A stretch of DNA of 64,000 nucleotides, from NCBI GenBank assembly GCA_950097015.1, contig CATNEN010000005.1, forward strand, positions 5,518,001-5,582,000, read 5' to 3'. The stretch's first letter is position 1; every line of letters begins with the position of its first letter. This document shows positions 36,562-46,864 of this stretch, piece after piece. This DNA is from Macrostomum hystrix (taxonomy: Eukaryota; Animalia; Platyhelminthes). Below the pieces are notes generated by a model. It was not told where the DNA came from. It did not search any database and worked only from the letters and a program-made list of their open reading frames with translations. Position numbers and translations under genes: made by a program.

Positions 36562-36860
36562 AGAGGTTGTAGCCTAGTGGTTAGGGCGTTGGACTCACGA
36601 CTTGAAGGTCGGGGGTTCGATTCGCGACTCCCCTGAACAATTTGTGTCCTTTAGCAAGACACTTAACTCTGCATTGCTTCAGTTCACCCAGCTGTTAAAT
36701 GGGTACCAGCATCAGCTGGGATAATTGAAGGTGGGTATGGCGTCCCCCCAGTCCATGGACTGAACAGCTGTACGCAGCCTTCAGATGCGCCGCGCATTAG
36801 CTGCGGCTGTGCTGTCGGCTGCACATCTGACCCAATTGGGGCAGGTGTAATAAAAAAAAG
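36562..36860 (+). mobile_element. tRNA-derived SINE family B with a CORE-like central domain
   Basis: A box TAGCCTAGTGGTTAGGGC, B box GGTTCGATTC, GTGTCCTTTAGCAAGACACTTAAC, A-tail, possible TSD AGTATGA. Confidence 0.82.
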
Positions 36861-36991
36861 TATGATTGTTTGTATCGCTGTTATTGAAAAAGAAAGGAGT
36901 GAAATAAAAAGGAAAAGTACTTACGTGAATTTTGTTCATGTGCGGCTGACGGCCAGCCGGTGTTGACCGTCATCCTTTAGCTGGAGGAGAA

Positions 36992-37962
36992 TGATGTGCT
37001 GTAGTCTGCTGAGCAGCCTCCAGGCAATCTGTGAGTCAGGCTGTTCTAGGTCTGTGGGAGGGCTAGGGTTGGTTGTTAGTGTTTCCCGTGCACTGTCACC
37101 TCCGCTCGCCACCCCCTCCGCTCTCTCTCTCTCTTTCCAGCTTTGTCTGCGCACTGAATCACATTGCACACCATGGTGCAATCGCTTAAGTTCGGAAGAC
37201 TGGCAGAACAACGCTCAAATGCTCCTACTATAAGTAGAGCACAGTCCGACGAATCCTTGAGATGGTGTTAGTGTCATGGTAGCACTATTTCTTTATATCG
37301 ACGGCACTTTCTTGTCTCTTGTCTTCATGCGTCGGTTTCGAAGTCAAGGCTGCCCCAGTTCGGTGGGAGGGCTTGGGAGTAGGTAGGTCTGCGGTTTCCC
37401 GTGCACACTCACCTCCGCTCGCCACCCCCTCCTCTTTCTCTCTCTTGTTCCAGCTCTGTCTGCGCACTGAGTCAGATTGCACGCCATGGTGCAATCGCTT
37501 CGTTTCGGAAGAAGACTGGCAGAAGAACGCTCAAATGCTCCTACTATAAGCAGAGCACAGTCCGACGAATACACCAAGTGGTGTTAGCATTATGGCAGCA
37601 CACATTCTCTACTTTGATGGCACTGTTAAGGACTGTTTTTCTCCATGACGTTTCGTTCAGAGACTAAATTCTAAAGTTAGAGACTGCATTTGAAGCATTG
37701 ACTCTGATTTTGCTTTGTGCCTAAGTCATCAAGACTAAGGTACGCTATTTGCTAAGGTGGAAATTATTCCATACTTAGAGGAGCCCCGTGTCCCAAAGTA
37801 AGGCCCAGTAACGAGGAAACTAGCCAATCTAGCCTGACTACCAGGTTGTTGTACTGCAAGGAAGCACAGTGTTGAGGCCGGTATAAACTCATCTCTGAAT
37901 CTAGTTCCTGTCTTGGTTATTTTCACCAATTGTGTGTGCCACGCTACCACAGGTACAACACA
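36992..37962 (+). repeat. Family Y 3' LTR (about 970 bp, internal ~300-bp tandem duplication); 3' end approximate
   Basis: Starts TGATGTG after the PPT; similarity to 40600-40935 stops at GGTACAACACA. Confidence 0.6.
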
Positions 37963-38039
37963 TACCATTGTTACAAATAAAATAAGGTGCAAGAGCAAAA
38001 GCTGGCGCGCGGGTCTGGCATTCAGGATAGGAATTTCGG

Positions 38040-38326
38040 CAGACTCGGCACCCAAACTTAACACCAGCAGTTTTTCTTCATGCATTTTCATTTACCGTTT
38101 TCCTTTGAGTTAGAGACACAATTTTGAAGTCACTGAAGTGAACAGTTGTTGACTCTATTTGTATCTAGCCCTCGTGACAAGGATACACTATTTCTGGGCT
38201 AAGGCTAAGATTACTTAGAACTTATAGAATACCCAATCTCTGAAGTTAAACCCCAGTGAGAAAACTTAGCAATCCCAAGCCTGACTACCTGGTTGCTCCA
38301 CTGCTAGGAAGCATCAGTGTTGAGGC
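38040..38326 (+). repeat. Further family Y LTR fragment
   Basis: Similar to 37630-37880 and 40600-40850. Confidence 0.55.
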
Positions 38327-38470
38327 TAGGGATGCCAATTCCGGTTAACCGGTTAACCGAAAAACCGGTTTTTGCCCCCGAAAACCGGGTTTTCAAAAAC
38401 CGGTTTTTCAGGTCCAGTTTTTGTCCGGTTTTTTTACACTGCTGAATTATTTTGTTAACAAGCTTTTTAA
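38327..38470 (+). mobile_element. hAT-like left end
   Basis: TAGGGATG start with clustered AACCGG subterminal repeats; right end not found. Confidence 0.55.
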
Positions 38471-38806
38471 ATTTTATTTTATAAACAAACAAAAATTAGT
38501 GTTGGAGTTAATAATTGTATCATTATATAGAATTTCGTAATTATTACGTACGAGGTACGATACGAATACGAACTATTTCTATGAAATAATTAAATCTTTC
38601 AAATTTCGATTAAATGTAATTTACGACGTGAGTCACACAGTGCAGGACAGTCAACAGTCAACACAACACTCAATTCGCGTCGCGAGTCACGATAGGACAG
38701 GACTCAGGAGTATAGCTGTATAAGTGTATATACTGTATCACATGCAAGTTGTAATATGTATCTGATAAGACTAGTACTAATGTACTATATAGTATAGAGC
38801 AAAATA

Positions 38807-40376
38807 TACTTTTTTTGCGATTGAATTCGTCCAAACTGCAAAACCTTTCGTCCACAAATGCTTTCTTAATGGGAGCTAAATTTAGATCATACCATAGACA
38901 ACCGTTTTCACGCAAAACGGTTCATCCAGTTTGTAAAACATTTCGTCCCCTAGACTAGAGACCGAGTGTACTGTTCCTACCATAGTTAACACCCAATTGA
39001 CAGTTCGCTTTTGCTACCACTAAAGCTACAGCAACGCATAGGCCTATCTTCCATTCCGAACCCGGCAAAACAGTCGAAGATGAACCGAGGCCCCTACCAT
39101 CCAGTGTCAAACGAAGACCGCAGGCGATTAGCCTTGGCTGTTGAAGAAGGCCGCGATTGGAAACAACTGGCCGATATCCTTGGGATCAAGAGAAAGACAG
39201 CCAAAACGATTGTCGACACCTACGTTCAAACCGGGCGCATTGAGAAGTTTCCATCAGCAGGTGGCCGTCCGAAGAAACTGCAAGAGCAGCAGATTGAGTC
39301 AATCATCGAGTTCCTCGAGGCAAACCCGTCCGCGACATTACAAATGATGCGGAACCATCTGATGCAACTTGGCAATGAAGGTCAACTTCCTCATGTCTCA
39401 ACCATAAGTCGAGCACTTGACAAACAGCTGGTGACTTTGAAGCTGGCTAGGCAGATTACGTTTGATTGGAACGACCCAGTTGTGAAGGCGGCGAGATGTG
39501 AGTACGCACAGTGGATGATGAACGAAGGACACGACAGGAACCAGATTTTTCTCGATGAGTTCGGGCTGAACCTGTGGACGGCGAGAACTCAAGGATGGGC
39601 ATATCGAGGCCAGCCTGCGGTGAGAACGGTATGTGGCCAGCGCGGACAAAACCTGACTCTCTGCTTGGCCATATCTCCGCAATGGGGACTTGTTCACTAT
39701 GCGCTGATGGAAGGAGGTTTTCGAGCTCAAAATTTTGCAGACTTCTTAGTAGAGCTGGATGTCCTGGTGGAGGCTGAGTGGGTGGCGATCTTTGATGGGG
39801 CCCGCGCTCACCTTTAAGTCCCTGGACTTTCACCGCAACACAGCACCTATCAATTGCCACCGTACTCTCCGTATCTCAACCCAACTGAGCGCGCAGGGTC
39901 TTCCCTGAAGGCATCAGTGAAGAGGGCACTGTCAGTTCCCGCTATTCAGCACGAGCTCTCTAATCGGCAAGCTGCTGCTGCTGCGAACCTGACTCTGCAT
40001 GCCTGGCGGATGCACATTTTGAAGAGAGAGGTCGAAGCTGCACTGCACGTGATTACACAGGAGAAGTGCCAGCAATGGACCAATCACACTGTGGGTTACT
40101 ACGGCCGTTGTTTGGACTACGAAGACATTTTGAACTAACATTCTAACAAGAGACACTGTTTTTGCTTTGTTCAATATCTCGTGATATCAAATAAAGTCGC
40201 TCCGTTTAGCTGTTAGCTGTTTGGACGAAGGGTTTAGACGAAATGTTTTACAAACTGGATGAACCGTTTTGCGTGAACACGGTTGTCTATGGTATGATCT
40301 AAATTTAGCTCCCATTAAGAAAACGTTAGTGGACGAAAGGTTTTGCAGTTTGGACGAATTCAATCGCAAAAAGGTA
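38807..40376 (+). mobile_element. Tc1/IS630-like transposon, full length
   Basis: About 140-bp TIRs (38807-38947, 40238-40376), TA TSD. Confidence 0.92.
39080..40138 (+). pseudogene. Tc1/IS630-like transposase with one in-frame stop (39815-39817), DD30E spacing
   Basis: HTH region with GGRPKK; IFLDEFG, IFDGARAH, LPPYSPYLNPTE in one frame. Confidence 0.88.
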
Positions 40377-40599
40377 TAGTAAAACGTAAGTAGTAACAAT
40401 AACAATTACAAGTTTTTATATCAAAACTGAGATGCTGCACAGTGCACAGTGCACACTGCACATTGCCACAAGCATTGTATAGTAACTGCTGGCGGGCACA
40501 GGGTTCCAATCTATAAAATATAGATAAATATATATTTTAAATTCTTAAATCTTCTATTAAAATCTTTTAATGCTAATAAAAACAAAAAAATTAAAAATT

Positions 40600-40935
40600 A
40601 AAATGTCGCACAACTAGGGCTGTTTTTCTTCATGCGTTTACCACTGAGTTGGAAACATAAGTCTAAAAGCTTAAATTTGTGTCTAGTCCTTGTGACTAAG
40701 ATACGCGATTTGAATTTGAACAAAGTCTAAGATTCCTTAGCACTTGGAAGAATTCCTTTCCCCTGAATCCCATTCCCCAGTAAGAGAAGATTTGTCAATC
40801 CTAGCCTGACTGCCAGGTTGTTTCCACTGCGAGCAAGCACCAGTGTTGAGGCCGGTAAAATCCTCTCTGAGTCTAGCGTTCCTGTCTCGGTTATTTCACC
40901 AATTGTGTGTGCCACGCTACCACAGGTACAACACA
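40600..40935 (+). repeat. Family Y LTR 3' fragment abutting a truncated CMC transposase
   Basis: Similar to 37630-37962. Confidence 0.6.
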
Positions 40936-41998
40936 ATGGAGTGACTATCAATGGTAAAGCTATCTCTGTCCAGGTATCACACATCGCATGTGACTCTATG
41001 GCGAGAGCGTTCATCAAGAACATTAAGCATCCTACTAGATTCTTTGCATGTGATCGCTGCGTGACCGAAGGGCAAACTGCAGATGGTGGTCGGCGGGTTT
41101 TGGAGCATGACGCGACACGCCGTACAGATCAAGATTTCCGAGAGAATGCGCAGCCCCTTCATCACAATGGATTATCTGCTATTGCAAGTCTATCAACTGT
41201 TGACTCTGTTAACGACTTCCCGAGTGACTATATGCACTCGGTCTGCCAAGGGTCAACCTTAAAGATGCTGGAACTTTTAAGAGAAAAAGGCGGCAAATTC
41301 CGACTGTCGAAGAATGTTTTAAAAGAACTGAACGCAGATATTGTCGAGTGCACCTCGTTCATGCCGAGTGACTTCCAAAGGCGACCACAAAGCCTAAACC
41401 ATTTAGCTAAATGGAAAGCTACTGAACTTAGGTTCTTTTGCCTGTACGTCGGACATTTAATCGTAAGCAACGCAGCACAGTTGTCGGTGAGCAATTGAAA
41501 TGGCTCTCAGCAATAATGCGCATTTTATGTCATCCTACATTATGCCAGACCACTGGTGCCTACGTGCACGACTTGACTAAAGCTTTTTTGCATAACTGTT
41601 ACGTCGTCTTCGGAGCCAGGTTCATGACTTTGACGGTGCATTCTTTAATTCATCTAAATGCAGAGTTTGATTGGCGCTCCTGTGATCGGTTCTACCGGAG
41701 CATGGAGTTTAAGTCGATAAGTTTTGACGGCCGTGCCGCGAATCGCTATGTTCAAACAAAATCTAATGCAATATTAAAACTGAAATGCATAGCTCTCAAT
41801 GACAGCCGTGTCTATCTTATTGGGCACCAGCTGCTGGGAAAGACTGCTGCATTTGACTCGCCAATCGCATCTGACCTGCTGGATATTTACAAGGGCAACA
41901 AGTTTTCTCACCACCTGAAGGCTGTGCCTCTGGCAGATCTCAAGTACAAAGTGCTGCGCTACAAGCAGTGCTTTCTTTCTTTACTTGACACAATATAA
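40936..41998 (+). pseudogene. CMC/EnSpm-like transposase remnant 1
   Basis: IACDSMARAFIK..FFACDRC, DYMHSVCQG, DFQRRPQSL..WKATELRFF, HSLIHL; frameshift and internal deletion. Confidence 0.8.
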
Positions 41999-42038
41999 GG
42001 AACTCTTTGTTAAAAAACTTTACACTGTCTTGTCCTAG

Positions 42039-42674
42039 GAATTCCGGTGTGTTAATGGCTCACCAGCTTTGCTCTCTTCAATTGTGTGCAACGATCCAAG
42101 GGTCGTCCTGAAGCGCTACATTCAGCTTCGCTTTGGAGAAGGCTTCCTGATTGAGCACATTATTGACTCTAATGTGCACCGTAGTGCTAGACGAGGAGCA
42201 CCTGCTGAGCATGTGGCTGAGTTTCAACGTAATATAATACTTTCACGTGTTACTTATATCATCAGTCTTTCTGTATTTTACTCGTATTTTTAGAATTTAT
42301 TTAGTTTTTCCATCGCAGAGTATTTTTGTAAACTTAGAATATTATCTTTATGTTATCCTATTATGATATAATATTATAATTATAATATTAAATTTAGATA
42401 ATTTATAAAAGTTATTTACGCTGTTCTAGCTAAAAACATGATTATTTATGTATATTTACTCACTTTATCAAACTTTTCTGAAATTTACCATCTTCTTTAT
42501 TTTTAGCCCTCTTTAGGTTTGTTCCAGCTGTGCTACCGGACTAGCGGATTTGACTTTGCTGGAATCTGGAAGACTGTGCGTGACCACCTCAATCAATTTG
42601 CTCGCGAAGATAACCGCAAAAACAAGCAGAAGCTATCTGCAGCTGAGGCATTCGTTCCGCCGTCTACACTGTAG
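42039..42674 (+). CDS. Spliced CMC accessory-gene exons (42039-42228, 42517-42674), upstream exons missing
   Basis: AG/GT sites join EFRCVNG..HVAEFQ|RLFQLCY..IWKTVRDHLNQFAREDNRK in frame; family assignment is inference. Confidence 0.5.
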
Positions 42675-42778
42675 TTCATGTCAATCTGATATTAATCATC
42701 CGCTATCTAACTTATGCTTGCGTTCCACTTTCTTTTCGTAATATTTTTTCTTGTATTAACCCATCTGCTGTTTCATTT

Positions 42779-44170
42779 ATGTCGGACTGCGACAGCAAAC
42801 ATTCTCTATCGAAGAACTGTTCAGAATATTCATGCTACTCGCTCTCCTCTTTTTCTGATATTACGTCTCCAGAAAATCATTCGGCTAATGCAATTCATGC
42901 TAGACAAAAGTCGAAGGTGGATTGCATTGATGCCAGTGCTCAGCCTCCAATTCTGGAGTCCAGTGACTCGGATTCTGTCTCTATGGACGTTCTGACAAAC
43001 TTTTCGAAAATTTCTGATCCAACTACTCAATCTCTGGGCTATCACATCTGGCTTGTCCGAGGCTGGCTTTGATAGGCTCATAAATCTTTTTGCTATTTTT
43101 CTAAGAGGTAATCACTTGTCGCTTCCCATGAGCATCCACCAATTTAATGGCAGATTCGGTTGCCCAAAATGTCTTTACCCTGACGAATCGATTTAAGTAT
43201 CTGAAAAAGTGAAGAATTGGGTATATCGCTTTGATGAATCCTGTATGTTTCCTTATGTTTCCTTTACGAACAAAGATTAGTCACAGCGTTCATTGTAGAC
43301 AGGCCTGTATCGCTAATAAACCCAGTTTAGGTGTCAAGAGTCGCAGCAAGTTGCTTAATTACATTTCTTGCCCGAATTTTAATGCCATTGACTGTCTCCA
43401 TTGCTTTTTTGAAGGTGATATAAAGTACCTACTCGAAGAGCTTGCACCGTCTTCAAGCCGAAATGAGATATACTTTTGTTCAGAAAGTTGTTTTCAGTTT
43501 TTGTCCCACAACATTCGCGATTCTTTTGTTCCATCCAATGTTAGTGTGCAGTCAAATTTTCGTTGCTTTTCAGACTGGAAGGCCAAGCACTTCAAGAATT
43601 TTGCGTTGTATTTTTTCTTCCCTACATTTGTTCCCAGAGTGTAGTACTTGCCTTTAAAGCTAATAGTTGTCAATTTGTTACTCCTCTATTACATGTTCTA
43701 CAACACGAAGTCCCGAAAATCTGACATTGGAAAACTTGCTAAATTGTTTCTGCTTCACTCTTGAAAAGCTTTTGGTCCAAAAATTATTCGTTTAAATTTT
43801 CACATACTTCTGCACATGGCAGACGAGTACGAGTTGCTTGGCCCAGTGCCATCCTACTCCATTTTTTCATTTAAAATTTACATTGCAATGTTCAAAAAGT
43901 ATTTCTGTGGAACAACGTCGTATGCCTCTCAGCTTGTTCGAAAGTTTTTGATCCAGAAGTAGTTGTTGCACTATTTCTCTGGAGTACACGACCCGATTGT
44001 TTTGGAAGCGTTCAATTCGATTTCTTTGAAGCAGTCCCACCCCGAGGGAATTATTCGATCGTCCTTATCTTTTGTTGCTGGTTATTTTTACACGTCTAAG
44101 CAGACAACTTCGAAATCTAATTCCAATCATTTTTTATTCAAAAGTCTGATGAGTTCTGTATTATTATGAG
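42779..44170 (+). pseudogene. CMC/EnSpm-like transposase remnant 2, highly degenerate
   Basis: HQFNGRFGCPKCLYP, LGVKSRSKL, IDCLHCFFEG, DWKAKHFKNFALY. Confidence 0.65.
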
Positions 44171-44320
44171 TTTCCGATTTCCTAACCTAGCCCACGTTCA
44201 AATTCTCGAACCAATCGGCTCTCTTTTTGACTATATTGCTACTAGCAATCCATGGAGCGATAAAATTTAGTGGCACGGAAAGAAGCTCTTTTTTCCATAA
44301 TGAAAAACTTTCTATCTTTT

Positions 44321-45430
44321 TGATGTGCTGTAGACTGCTGAGCAGCCTCCAGGCAATCTGTGAGTCAGGCTGTTCTAGGTCTGTGGGAGGGCTAGGGTTG
44401 GTAGTTAGTGTTTCCCGTGCACTGTCACTTCCGCTCGCCACCCCCCTCCTCTCTCGTTCTCTTGTTCCAGCTCTGTCTGCGCACTGAGTCACATTGCACA
44501 CCATGGTGCAATCGCTTAAGTTCGGAAGAAGACTGGCATTATACAGCACATCATTCTCCTCCAGCTAAAGGATGACGGTCAACACCGGCTGGCCGTCAGC
44601 CGCACCTAAACCAATATCAGGTAAGTCCATTATATTTGCTCTCCTTTTCCATAAATCACACCAACACGGTCTCATGGCGCACTTAAAAATTTCACTGCCG
44701 ACAATGGCAAACGACATAACAACCATAATAATGTCAACTGGATAAAAAAGCAATTCATTCTACAACAGAAGAAACTATTCCGCAATAGAGCAGACATGGT
44801 GGGCCTCGCTACACCTGTGCCATGCGCAACAGCGCCTCTGGCATCCACCAACTTTCGACGACCTCAACGACGAGCTGTCCATATCTGATCATTAGCTGGC
44901 GTGGCGTCGCCGCCGGTCCACCGACCATCGTCTCTGCCCGGGCTGCGGCTTCCTGGGCCATCTCGCGTCGGGTAGCCCTGTCTTCGGCCGCGAAGCCCTG
45001 GTGCACCTCCATTGGCCATCCGTCTTCAACCTGCCTGAGCGCAGCGCGGGCCAGGGATTCAGCTGCCCCTAAGATAGCTGCCTCACGCGCCGCCGCTCTC
45101 TGGCTCCATTGGGCCTTACGTTGCCTCCGCCGCTGGGCCCCTCCTCGCTTTCTCCTTGGCCGGGCCTCAGCCCCGGCCTCTTCTGGGCTGTCGCTCGACG
45201 AAGATTGGGGCGGCTGCCATGGCAGCAAAGGTGGAGCTGCCGGCCCTTCTGCAATTGGCAACTCCTCGGAGGAATCGTGATCTGACAATCCTTCGTCCTC
45301 CGAGGGCATACCCTCCTGCAAGGCTGCCCACAGATCCTCTTGCGGATCAAACTGGGCCTCATTTGAGCCGCTGCTGCTGCTGCTTAAGGCTGGTCGCCGC
45401 ACCTGTACCGCCTTCAGAAAGTTGTTGAAC
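44321..45430 (-). mobile_element. Family Y remnant 2: ORF3, 3' UTR, PPT and inverted LTR head
   Basis: Reverse-complement similarity to 35715-36329 and 36937-37003; 44321-44540 matches 36992-37205 in the same orientation. Confidence 0.75.
44809..45430 (-). CDS. Orphan ORF3 of family Y, open copy (start undefined)
   Basis: Open frame: acidic/Ser tract, PPLLPW, basic RRKRGGAQRRRQRK, helical C-terminus ending WWMPEALLRMAQ. Confidence 0.6.
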
Positions 45431-46439
45431 TTTCGTCGATTTCGCGCCCTTCTATTGCTGTACCAATGCGTTCTATTAATGAGAATTGTTTTTGCTTTTT
45501 TCCACTTTGCAGTACATTTGAGCACGATTCAGAGCGTGTGGGGTGTACTTCTGTTTATTAGGTTCCCGTTAAGGTAGTTAGATTACAGGGAAATTACAGG
45601 GATATTTTATTTGTCAGTTTTGCAACCTATTCCGCTGTAAGCTACTTCGTGCGATCGCTAGCTGACCCTGCAGTCATGCTTTACTTAATTGAATAGTTTT
45701 TACTGCTCTGTTATTAAAATTTGAAGTTTTTATTACTAAATTCTATGCATTCGTACTTATTTGAAATAGTCATTTGCGTGTGTTAATGATTTTTCTATTC
45801 GAAATAAACACTGAAGGCTGAATACTACGAATCCTACGACCTACAATTATTTTATTATTTATAAATGATGAAGGATAAAATTAAAATCTATTTTGCCGAG
45901 TTCTTTTCGTATTTATGGCCTTCTCTTTCATTCTTTTATGGTCATTTAATAAATAATTTACCGACAAATAATTTCCCTACATTTTATACCATTCAGAACT
46001 ATCCTTGTTTAACCGAAAGTTTCGATTGTAATCTTTTCGTCAGTGTCTTCGTATGTGTAAACAATTAAGTTAAGAGTCCATCACACAGCAGGTTATTAAC
46101 TTCAGAACAATTACAAGTTGCATCTTCTACTTTCTACTTACGTAAGTAGTGCATGAAGGACGAAATGCCATAAATATAGTAACATCCATGCACATGGATG
46201 AGAACAACCCATGCATTAAAGTAGCATGGAGCCATGGATGCACATGGATGGATGAGGAAAACATTGGTCCAGGAAAACAATGTTGTGCTTATCGTTTTAT
46301 GAAAAACCGTTGGTGCATGCTCATGGTATATAAACGAATTCTGGACGGCAGTTTTAGACTCTATATTTTTATTTTGTTACTACCGGATATGCAGTTGTAG
46401 TATAATACACTTAAGAAACTTAATTTTTCTCCTGCTCTT

Positions 46440-46645
46440 CTAGGTGCGGATTTTCTGGATTTACGAATGTTGCACACTGGTTGCTTTTGCGTTGATATGC
46501 AATGTTGCATGTCAACATTGCTGCAACATTATTTAGTGCGACAGATATCAACATTGTGCAAAATTGACCGTCAACATGCTTGCAACATTCAGCGTCAACA
46601 TTGCAACAATGCAACATTGCTGCAATATTGCAGGCACTATGGGTA
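46440..46645. repeat. MITE-like fragment with CAACATTG subrepeats
   Basis: Many CAACATT(G) copies ending CACTATGGGTA. Confidence 0.4.
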
Positions 46646-46864
46646 CTTCCTCGAATTTCAGGCAACGTGTGTGAAGAATAGTTCGCGTGATAAAAAAACC
46701 GAGCGATGCTGTGCTGCACCAAGTAAATACTAAAAAATAGCATCTGGGGCCTGTTTATGAAGCGCTGGTGAATAACGAGTGGCCAGAAATCACTGGAAGC
46801 CGATCATTATCTGTCTTCATTATGGACAATTTTTTTCAGTCATATCACTGATAGTCGATAGCAC

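Larger units (their letters stand above)
32540..37962 (+). mobile_element. 3' half of Gypsy-like family Y (integrase tail, extra ORF, PPT, 3' LTR) with a nested solo LTR and SINE
   Basis: RVHAAR and PRQRPQRVRREPERL integrase-tail motifs; PPT GGAGGAGAA abutting TGATGTG at 36992; partial second copy at 44321-45430. Confidence 0.6.

Noticed and set aside
36562-36640. tRNA gene
   Set aside because: A and B boxes are present but no full acceptor stem; it continues into a SINE body and A-tail
46745-46800. Harbinger-like terminus (CTG-GGGCCTGTTTATGAAG)
   Set aside because: Single end only, with no matching TIR or ORF
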